Assembly (NCBI GenBank): GCA_003516025.1
Contig: CP023991.1
Coordinates: 270,001 to 302,000, forward strand
DNA length: 32,000 bases
Source of the DNA: Candidatus Saccharimonadota bacterium
GTDB taxonomy: Bacteria > Patescibacteriota > Saccharimonadia > Saccharimonadales > UBA4665
Reading direction: 5' to 3'
This document shows positions 1-6,114 of the stretch, piece by piece. The stretch's first letter is position 1, and each line of letters opens with the position of its first letter. Below the pieces are notes generated by a model that worked only from the letters and a program-made list of their open reading frames with translations, did no database searches and was not told the origin of the DNA. Position numbers and translations under genes: made by a program.

Positions 1-128
1 ACTTGCTGTATGTAGCTGCTCACCGAGAACTGCATGGTTTCTAGGATCTGCGGCTAGCAATACGGACAAGTCATTGATGAGAAACTATACAAAAACATAA
101 GTATGTTAAATTCTACAACTACTTTTTG

Positions 129-157
129 TTGCAAAACGCTAGATGTAGGGTTATGCT
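129..157 (+). promoter_or_regulatory. Candidate sigma70-type promoter: TTGCAA, 17-nt spacer, TATGCT
   Basis: TTGCAA at 129-134, a 17-nt spacer, then TATGCT at 152-157. It lies about 150 nt upstream of the hairpin/terminator pair at 255-335. Confidence 0.3.
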
Positions 158-254
158 TTAATCACAAGACTCCATTGGGGGGTTCGGACGCAGCAAAAAA
201 GCTTGGTCGCTTGATGTTAAAGTTGTGTTAATAATTTCAGTCCTGTTTCAAGCG

Positions 255-285
255 TTGGTATGGGTCATCAAAGACCATATGCCAA
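255..285 (+). promoter_or_regulatory. Hairpin A; its arms are near-copies of the arms of the downstream terminator
   Basis: TTGGTATGGGTC (255-266) pairs with GACCATATGCCAA (273-285) with a 2-nt bulge. The 5' arm TTGGTATGGG is identical to the 3' arm of the terminator at 318-327. Confidence 0.4.
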
Positions 286-304
286 TCGGCGTAATAAACA
301 CACG

Positions 305-335
305 CCCATGCCAACGCTTGGTATGGGACTTTTTT
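305..335 (+). terminator. Rho-independent terminator
   Basis: CCCATGCCAA (305-314), loop CGC, TTGGTATGGG (318-327) form a 10-bp stem with one G:U pair. AC and T6 (330-335) follow. Confidence 0.6.
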
Positions 336-463
336 GTTGGAAATAATCCGCGGTGCTGACAGACCGAGTTAGCTCAAATCCTAAGTGAAATAAAAACAAA
401 AAATAGCTTACCACGGAAGCGCGGCAAAAGCCGCCTCGTAATTTAACAACTTGGAGCAAAACA

Positions 464-628
464 GTGGAAAATAACTACTGTCGCTGCCCAGTTACCTTTA
501 GTGCAAAACGCACTCTACCGAATGGCAAAGTATTATATGCTAAGCAGTTCGGTAAGCGTTGTTGGCCGTTTGTTGTTCATAACAAAAACTGCCATCACCA
601 AAGGCAACAGCAGTTAGAGCTAGAATAG
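464..628 (+). CDS. Small Cys/His-containing protein of 54 aa with a GTG start; not in the ORF track
   Basis: GGAG at 453-456 lies 7 nt upstream of GTG 464. Translation is VENNYCRCPVTFSAKRTLPNGKVLYAKQFGKRCWPFVVHNKNCHHQRQQQLELE. A terminator follows at 645-677. No family was recognised. Confidence 0.35.
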   Translation: MENNYCRCPVTFSAKRTLPNGKVLYAKQFGKRCWPFVVHNKNCHHQRQQQLELE

Positions 629-644
629 ATCCTCTCACAGATCT

Positions 645-677
645 AAGAGTCGCATTACTCGGTAAAGCGGCTCTTTT
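645..677 (+). terminator. Rho-independent terminator
   Basis: AGAGTCGC (645-652) and GCGGCTCT (666-673) form a stem with one G:U pair, followed by a T-run to 677. Confidence 0.5.
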
Positions 678-931
678 TAATTTCCCACATTGAGAAACTA
701 AAAATAGCAGCTTTTATTACAGACGTCAATAGACGTCATGCCTCTTACAAATAGAATGTGAGCGAGATGAAGTCATATTACCCCTAAATTACGACTTGTT
801 ACTAACAAATTATAGCCATACGTACGCTATGTGTAAAGCTATTTAACGTAAGCGTAATGGTTTTTAATTACCGTTATAATTTACCTTATGCGTTGTATCA
901 TCTGAATAAAGTAAACAGGAGCTTAGCTAGT

Positions 932-1120
932 ATGAATGAAACAGTCGGTAAACCAATAGTATTTATGTACGTTATCCTGGCATTGTTTGGTGGTGCTATC
1001 ATCGGTATGATTGTGGCTAAAACAGTGTTACGAGAGGATATCGCAACATCTTATATGGTAGATACGTGCATCCGTTCACAAGATGATGATAGTAAGTACT
1101 ACAGATGCGACTATTTTTAG
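932..1120 (+). CDS. Small single-TM protein of 62 aa if started at ATG 932; the ORF track starts at 857
   Basis: AGGAG at 917-921 lies 10 nt upstream of ATG 932. There is one hydrophobic segment, IVFMYVILALFGGAIIGMIVA. No family was recognised. Confidence 0.35.
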   Translation: MNETVGKPIVFMYVILALFGGAIIGMIVAKTVLREDIATSYMVDTCIRSQDDDSKYYRCDYF

Positions 1121-1512
1121 TCGAGTACGCTTTGAATATTCAACTGAACAGCAACCAGGCTTTGAGTCTTAAACATCTGGTGATGCTTCATCATCATATC
1201 AATTGCTTTTAATTTATTCTGTGTTGTTTCAGCAGGATCGTTAATGATGCTTGTTAATTTGAGGAGCAGTAGCTCTGGCTCGAGTGACTGCATCTGTCCG
1301 AGTTTTTCCGATAGCCATTTAGGCCGATTGTGCATTAAGTTGCGGGCCGTTTCGATTGTATATCCTGACTCTACGGCAGACCGATAGCAGTTCCCGAAAC
1401 TAGGGCTGTCAGGACTAAAATAAAGGCTGATGAATTTATCTTGGCGCGGGTCTAAAGCCACTGGCTGATTTTGGGAGTACCCACCCCCGATCTGTAGTCC
1501 ATTGCTACTCAT
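1117..1512 (-). CDS. Phage terminase small subunit-like HTH protein (Terminase_2/P27-like pattern)
   Basis: LDPRQDKFISLYF...FGNCYRSAVESGYTIETARNLMHNRPKW fits the terminase-small-subunit N-terminal HTH pattern (L-x-x-x-Q-x-x-F ... GN ... A ... GYS ... A). No terminase large subunit or other phage structural gene is adjacent. Confidence 0.6.
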   Translation of the reverse strand: MSSNGLQIGGGYSQNQPVALDPRQDKFISLYFSPDSPSFGNCYRSAVESGYTIETARNLMHNRPKWLSEKLGQMQSLEPELLLLKLTSIINDPAETTQNKLKAIDMMMKHHQMFKTQSLVAVQLNIQSVLD

Positions 1513-1624
1513 ATCGTAGTTCCTATTACCCCTGGAATGCGTTTAACAGGTGTTGTATGCCGTAATACCTGGTACCAGTCACCTATGTCTGACAGGATAT
1601 CGTTCCAATTCGATTGCAAGTGGT

Positions 1625-1672
1625 TCACCAGTTTTCGTTATACACAAAAAGTCTCCGTAAGGAGGCTTTTTT
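1625..1672 (+). repeat. Copy 1 of a ~48-bp terminator-like repeat
   Basis: TCACCAGTTTTCGTTATACACAAAAAGTCTCCGTAAGGAGGCTTTTTT. The stem GTCTCC/GGAGGC is flanked by an A-tract and a T-tract. It is about 88% identical to 2627-2672. Confidence 0.7.
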
Positions 1673-1744
1673 GTTTCATGTGTAACTGGGTAACGGTATT
1701 TTAGTTTCTCGTTCGAAGATTTGCACATCTGTTATGATAACAGC

Positions 1745-2311
1745 ATGAAAAGAGCAGTCTTCATTCATGGTTGGTACGGGCACCCTACGGATGGGTGGTG
1801 GCCATGGCTGAAAACAAGTTTAGAAGAACGGGGCTTCAATGTTTTATCACCTCAATTACCACATGAAGATAAACCCCAAGCTAAAGAATGGGTTGAGGCA
1901 ATACGTCGTATAGTCGGCACACCTGATAATGAACTTTTATTAATTGGACATAGTTTAGGCTGTATCACAATTTTGAAGTATCTTAGCACTCTGAAGGATG
2001 GTGAGCAAATCAAAGGGTCAGTTCTTGTTGCGGGCTTTACGGAAGACTTGAATTTTGACGGATATGATGGCTCTCTAGCAAATTTCTTCGAAGAACCGAT
2101 TGACTGGAATAAGGTATGTAGGCATTGCCCTTCCTCTTGGGTAATCAGTTCCGATAATGACCCTACTGTATCGAAAGAAAATCATGACCGTTTACTCAAA
2201 TTACTTGGCGCTCAAGGTATCTGGGAACATGGTAAGCTACACATGACAGGTGATGATGGTATATTTGAGTTGCCAAGTACCCTTGAGGTGGTGAATAGCT
2301 TAGAAAGATAG
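1745..2311 (+). CDS. Alpha/beta serine hydrolase, YdeN/RBBP9-like (Ser_hydrolase family pattern)
   Basis: The N-terminus MKRAVFIHGWYGHP, the nucleophile elbow GHSLG and a size of ~188 aa are typical of this family. ATG 1745 is preferred over the track's TTG 1721. Confidence 0.7.
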   Translation: MKRAVFIHGWYGHPTDGWWPWLKTSLEERGFNVLSPQLPHEDKPQAKEWVEAIRRIVGTPDNELLLIGHSLGCITILKYLSTLKDGEQIKGSVLVAGFTEDLNFDGYDGSLANFFEEPIDWNKVCRHCPSSWVISSDNDPTVSKENHDRLLKLLGAQGIWEHGKLHMTGDDGIFELPSTLEVVNSLER

Positions 2312-2319
2312 TGCGTTCC

Positions 2320-2356
2320 TTGGCGAATATTTATTAAGGGGTGTCATATTCGCCAA
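2320..2356 (+). terminator. Strong hairpin just after the hydrolase stop codon, with no T-run
   Basis: A perfect 11-bp inverted repeat, TTGGCGAATAT (2320-2330) and ATATTCGCCAA (2346-2356), with a 15-nt loop. Confidence 0.45.
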
Positions 2357-2493
2357 CTAAAGTAGTCACAACACTAACACTCGATTAAAGTCATCATTCG
2401 AATAAAAATTTGTGTGAAAAATGGCTAGATAACTGATTCCATCTCACAATTTCACCCACGACAATTTTATAAATCGAGTGGTGTAGGGCCACC

Positions 2494-2531
2494 AATGAAA
2501 GAAGCTCACCATTCGGTGGGCTTCTTTCATT
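2494..2531. other. 17-bp stem-loop of unknown role
   Basis: AATGAAAGAAGCTCACC (2494-2510), loop ATTC, GGTGGGCTTCTTTCATT (2515-2531), with one G:U pair. No flanking U-tract on either strand. Confidence 0.6.
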
Positions 2532-2626
2532 GCTCATGGTGAGTTGGACTTTGATTGCCGAACTGCGGAACGCGGTGGCAATTGGCCGTTCCTATGGCTT
2601 CAGTCATATTCTCCGTGAGATCACCA

Positions 2627-2672
2627 TCACCATTTTCGTTATACATAAAAAGCCTCTATAAGGAGGTTTTTT
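2627..2672 (+). repeat. Copy 2 of the ~48-bp terminator-like repeat
   Basis: TCACCATTTTCGTTATACATAAAAAGCCTCTATAAGGAGGTTTTTT. See copy 1 at 1625-1672. Confidence 0.7.
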
Positions 2673-2721
2673 ATCTGTTAATAGTACGATTCTCATTGTT
2701 ACTGTTTGATATAGTTGTTTC

Positions 2722-3228
2722 ATGGGTAGTAATCAGAAGCAGAAAAAAAGATCACGGGATCTAGTCAGATTATTTCTTCATCTGCCGCGATTTTATCAGA
2801 AACGTCTTACGCATAAGCGACTTGATAAAATTAAACCCGTACGTGACATATACTATTCAACTGTTTTCGCTATAGGTAGCGCGGCATTAGGCTTCTTTTC
2901 TCAATTCATAGGTGACAAAAATAAAGCGGGTTGGTTATTAGCTGTTTGCGCCATATTCATAACCCTAGCCTTAATGATGATCATATCTATTTATTATCTT
3001 CGGGTAATTCATGCTATATCATGGGACCACGTAATAGAAGAAACTAAACACATAGAAAAAATTTCAGAACTTGACACATCAAAATTACCTAGTGATGTTT
3101 TGGAATCAATCAAGTATTCATCAGATTTGATGGTATATGTGGCATATCTCGACATATTGATATTTATTACTTTGAACCTGTCACTATGCCTATATTCTTT
3201 TTTTGTAATTATCAACTTGCTCTCATAA
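2722..3228 (+). CDS. Hypothetical multi-pass membrane protein
   Basis: A 168-aa ORF with a basic N-terminus (KQKKRSRD) and about three hydrophobic segments. It is AT-rich and has no clear SD. No family was recognised. Confidence 0.4.
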   Translation: MGSNQKQKKRSRDLVRLFLHLPRFYQKRLTHKRLDKIKPVRDIYYSTVFAIGSAALGFFSQFIGDKNKAGWLLAVCAIFITLALMMIISIYYLRVIHAISWDHVIEETKHIEKISELDTSKLPSDVLESIKYSSDLMVYVAYLDILIFITLNLSLCLYSFFVIINLLS

Positions 3229-3239
3229 AAGCTTAATAG

Positions 3240-3407
3240 CTTTCAGGTGACATCGGTTACGCGAAACCGGAAGCCCGGGCCTGCCAGATTACTGCCGACA
3301 GACTAGGTGTGCGAGTGGGTAAATGCGTCTTTATTGACGACAGAGAAGAGTATTGCCAAGGCACTTTAAGGTTAGGAACGAAAGCGATCCTATATTGTGC
3401 AGATTAA
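3240..3407 (+). pseudogene. C-terminal remnant of a HAD-superfamily hydrolase, with no start codon or N-terminal motifs
   Basis: The in-frame translation LQGDIGYAKPEARACQITADRLGVRVGKCVFIDDREEYCQGTLRLGTKAILYCAD* carries HAD motif III (K-P) and motif IV (FIDD). The frame is closed by TAG at 3237-3239, and the DxD nucleophile region is absent. Confidence 0.55.
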
Positions 3408-3450
3408 CAGCTATACTGGGAGCTTAGCGCTATATTAGGCGAATATACAG

Positions 3451-3705
3451 CTAATCAATAATCTTCGACTGCTCAGTTATCCGGTAGCTGTCAAAATCGG
3501 TAATGTCAGAAATCTTGACGCGAAGGGCTTTGGCCAACTTGTCCAAGGTTTTAAGCGAGGGGTTGCGCGTGCCGTTTTCGACTCCGGAAATGTAGGTCTG
3601 GCTTAAGCCGGTAGCAATACTAAGCCTTTCCTGGGTTAGACCAGCTTCCGAGCGGAGTAATTTGAGTCGTTTGCCAAGTTTTTGAGCGGCTGATGTACGG
3701 ACCAT
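3451..3705 (-). CDS. XRE-family helix-turn-helix transcriptional regulator
   Basis: LKLLRSEAGLTQERLSIATGLSQTYISGVENGTRNPSLKTLDKLAKAL is a canonical HTH_3 (Cro/C1) pattern. Confidence 0.85.
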   Translation of the reverse strand: MVRTSAAQKLGKRLKLLRSEAGLTQERLSIATGLSQTYISGVENGTRNPSLKTLDKLAKALRVKISDITDFDSYRITEQSKIID

Positions 3706-3771
3706 TGCTTTTACGATGTCAATAAATGAACAAAAAGTCTATTAACTAAAAGTAATATTATGCTTGCTATA

Positions 3772-3829
3772 TATCCGTACTTTTGATAATAATTAAAATT
3801 ATACTTATGTATATAATTTAATACGGATA
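3772..3829. promoter_or_regulatory. AT-rich divergent control region with an 8-bp inverted repeat
   Basis: TATCCGTA (3772-3779) and TACGGATA (3822-3829) lie between the XRE gene (-) and the tailspike-like gene (+). TATAAT is at 3812-3817. On the minus strand, TATTGACAT (complement of 3716-3724) is a -35-like box for the XRE gene. Confidence 0.35.
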
Positions 3830-3842
3830 AGGCTACAAGAAT

Positions 3843-5306
3843 ATGACAACGCGACGCTTACCAATACCTGGACAAGATGACGGTACCTGGGGTGATATAC
3901 TCAACGACTTCCTGTCGGTTGAGCATAATGCCGATGGCACACTGAAAGCCTCAGGCTCGTTAGTCACAAAAATAGATGCCGGTATATTGGCTGCTGTCGC
4001 GACGAGCGGCAGCTACCATGACCTTACTGATAAACCTGCTTACGCGCCGATACGTATGATGGATGTGAAACTGTTCGGCGCGCGGGGTGATGGCGTAAGC
4101 GACGACACATCAGCTATAAACGCCGCGATTGCGGCGGCCAGTACTGGCGGCACCGTTTTCTTTCCGAACGGAACTTACGTTATTAGCGGTTCATTAATAA
4201 TTAATACCGATAATATTCGGCTTTTGGGTGTCGGTTATGGCAGCCTTATCAAAGCTGCGCCGGCGTTCCCCGCTACGGGTATACCGATGATATGGGTTAA
4301 AGGCTCCGGCGGGTCAAACTATCGGTACGGACCCGTAGTGGAGCAGTTATATATTGATGGCGGCGGCGTAGCCGGTGTCATGGGGATTCAGCTGGACTCG
4401 ACATATCATGCCCAAATCCAGCATTGCTGGATCCGCTACTGTACCGGTATTGGGCTTTACCTGAATGGTACTTCAAACGCTTACGGAGCTTATACCAATG
4501 TTACGTCGACGCAAATAACAGATGGAGGGTCAGGCAAGGGTATTACTACTAATAACCATGAACACTGCATTTTTACGGGCTGCGTTTTCGCCTGGTATAA
4601 CCTGCCCGGAGGTATTGGGGCGCAGTCAAACAGTTCTAATATGGTATTTCAAGCCTGTAAATTTGATGTCAACGATATCTCGCTTGATCTCGAATTCTGT
4701 ACGGCGAACGTCGTACAGGGATGCGATTTCGACCGCGGACGAACGAACCACTTAGTACTTAACGGCGCGCAGCAGACCCGTGTGATGGGTTGCCAGTTTT
4801 CATCCCGTGATGGTGGCGCCGCCGGCGCTGACATGGTAGCCGTCAATGGTGGCGGTTCCAGTCTCTCGAACCTTTTTGTAGGCAACGTGGCCGCTCCCGG
4901 TACAGAGTGGAACCGATTTATTCACGAGTTCGGTGGCATTGGTCCCGGTAACCAGTACATCGGTAACGATCCGGCAGATCTGGCGATAGATTTGAAAAGT
5001 CCCTGGATTGGCGCCAGCCCGCAGAGTGCTTCAGCATCGGCGACGGCCAGCGGCGGCGCGATTACGACGGCTGGCTTAGATGTCGCGCGGGTATCCCCGA
5101 CGGTCACGATCACGGGCGTTACCCTCCAACCTGGAATATACGGCGGACAAAAAGTGACGGTCGTTAATGAATCGGCGAACAGCATAACGTTCGCTGCCGC
5201 TTCTGTCTCGCATGTGGCTGATGGGACGTCCGATGTGATTGCTGCCAGCAGCGCCCGCCGGTTCGTCTGGAATTCCGGTCTGAATTTCTGGTTCCGCGAA
5301 AGCTGA
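3843..5306 (+). CDS. Tail-fibre/tailspike-like protein with a pectate-lyase-superfamily right-handed beta-helix
   Basis: The N-terminus is RLPIPGQDDGTWGDILNDFL..HNADGTLK. VATSGSYHDLTDKP is a motif common in phage tail fibres. FGARGDGVSDDTSAINAAIAAASTGGTVFFPNGTY is a Pectate_lyase_3-type start of a beta-helix, followed by Gly/Cys-rich repetitive turns. There is no signal peptide. Confidence 0.7.
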   Translation: MTTRRLPIPGQDDGTWGDILNDFLSVEHNADGTLKASGSLVTKIDAGILAAVATSGSYHDLTDKPAYAPIRMMDVKLFGARGDGVSDDTSAINAAIAAASTGGTVFFPNGTYVISGSLIINTDNIRLLGVGYGSLIKAAPAFPATGIPMIWVKGSGGSNYRYGPVVEQLYIDGGGVAGVMGIQLDSTYHAQIQHCWIRYCTGIGLYLNGTSNAYGAYTNVTSTQITDGGSGKGITTNNHEHCIFTGCVFAWYNLPGGIGAQSNSSNMVFQACKFDVNDISLDLEFCTANVVQGCDFDRGRTNHLVLNGAQQTRVMGCQFSSRDGGAAGADMVAVNGGGSSLSNLFVGNVAAPGTEWNRFIHEFGGIGPGNQYIGNDPADLAIDLKSPWIGASPQSASASATASGGAITTAGLDVARVSPTVTITGVTLQPGIYGGQKVTVVNESANSITFAAASVSHVADGTSDVIAASSARRFVWNSGLNFWFRES

Positions 5307-5372
5307 ATGGCAGCGCCCGGCAGTATGCTCGAAAACTGGTCGTCACGGCCATAAGCGGTTAGAATAGTATGT

Positions 5373-5954
5373 ATGTCGTTCCATAAGATCAACAACCTGC
5401 TTCTGGCGTTGATCATCCTCGTTAATGTGTATGTCATCGCCGCGCCTCTGGCGCCGCAAGCGATATATTGGTGGCAAAGCAACCACAGCGCTAAAAGACA
5501 AGAGCTGACCGAGAAAGTGCGGTCCAAAACAGCCGAGCCGCAAAAAACCATGGCGAATGGCATTATCATCCCATCTATGCTGCTTAACAGGCCAATTCTG
5601 GAAGGGTCCATTGCGGACACCTACAAAATCCTTGATCAGGGTATCTGGCGCTGGCCGGGTGGCAGCACGCCGGACAAGGGTGGTAATACTGTGCTCGTCG
5701 GCCACCGGTTTACCTATACTCAGCCACAGGGCGTGTTCTATTTTCTTAATAAAGTGCGGTTAGGCGACCAAATTGGGCTTTGGTGGGATAACAAAAAATA
5801 CGTGTATACGGTAAATGAAATAAAAGAAGTGCCGCCAACGGAAGTCAGCATCCAGGCGCCAACGGAAGACGCCCGCCTGACGATATATACCTGTACGCCG
5901 TTGTGGATGCCGAAGAACCGACTGGTAGTTATCGCGGAATTGGAGGCTTCATGA
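5373..5954 (+). CDS. Sortase family transpeptidase
   Basis: An N-terminal TM anchor, catalytic His in LVGHR, Cys in LTIYTCTP (TLxTC-type) and Arg in NRLVVIA. Confidence 0.85.
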   Translation: MSFHKINNLLLALIILVNVYVIAAPLAPQAIYWWQSNHSAKRQELTEKVRSKTAEPQKTMANGIIIPSMLLNRPILEGSIADTYKILDQGIWRWPGGSTPDKGGNTVLVGHRFTYTQPQGVFYFLNKVRLGDQIGLWWDNKKYVYTVNEIKEVPPTEVSIQAPTEDARLTIYTCTPLWMPKNRLVVIAELEAS

Positions 5955-6061
5955 GTGAAAAGGTACGATTCGTAGTGCTGCTCGCGATACTGGCCCTCAG
6001 TATCGGCTTAGCGGTATTTATTAATTCGTCAGCTGGCCACGTACTGATAACCAACGGCTAA
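5951..6061 (+). CDS. 36-aa single-TM peptide translationally coupled to the sortase; not in the ORF track
   Basis: Its ATG overlaps the sortase TGA (ATGA at 5951-5954). Translation is MSEKVRFVVLLAILALSIGLAVFINSSAGHVLITNG. The terminator at 6065-6099 follows directly. Confidence 0.4.
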   Translation: MSEKVRFVVLLAILALSIGLAVFINSSAGHVLITNG

Positions 6062-6064
6062 ATT

Positions 6065-6099
6065 AAAAAAACCGGCTGTACGAAACAACCGGTTTTTTT
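6065..6099. terminator. Bidirectional rho-independent terminator
   Basis: AAAAAAACCGGCTGT...ACAACCGGTTTTTTT. The stem has an A-tract on its 5' side and a T-tract on its 3' side. It lies between convergent genes. Confidence 0.75.
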
Positions 6100-6114
6100 A
6101 GTAGTCCAGGCCGT

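Larger units (their letters stand above)
1..3239. mobile_element. AT-rich island, possibly a phage-derived remnant; left boundary lies outside the window
   Basis: Base composition is visibly AT-richer than the sequence after ~3240. It contains a lone terminase-small-subunit-like gene, short orphan ORFs and duplicated terminator-like elements, and it ends at a truncated HAD hydrolase remnant. No integrase or att sites were identified, so the call is weak. Confidence 0.3.

Noticed and set aside
1-100. Possible gene ends at the left window edge, with open frames on both strands
   Set aside because: The fragments are too short (about 30 codons) and carry no motif, so I cannot decide strand or frame.
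268-459. A 63-aa minus-strand ORF
   Set aside because: It overlaps hairpin A and the + strand terminator. It has no SD, and its product is low-complexity and hydrophobic. The region is better explained as structured RNA.
721-740. A tandem 10-bp repeat, AGACGTCAAT AGACGTCATG, each unit containing the ACGT-centred palindrome GACGTC
   Set aside because: It is too short to interpret alone. It is recorded only as a possible partial copy of the CGTCAATACC motif. No adjacent promoter boxes could be placed with confidence.
1672-2672. The exact 1000-bp offset between the T-tracts of the two repeat copies
   Set aside because: Only two copies exist and the intervening sequence is a normal gene, so I treat the round number as coincidence. 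This is not a tandem array or a CRISPR.
2555-2764. A 69-aa + strand ORF reading through repeat copy 2
   Set aside because: It reads straight through a terminator-like stem and T-tract and overlaps the start of the 2722 ORF. There is no SD. A different frame closes at the repeat with the peptide shared with copy 1.
4922-5705. 232-aa and 120-aa minus-strand ORFs spanning the end of the tailspike-like gene and the start of the sortase gene
   Set aside because: They are antisense to two genes with clear family motifs. They cross the intergenic region without an SD or promoter and have no recognisable domains.
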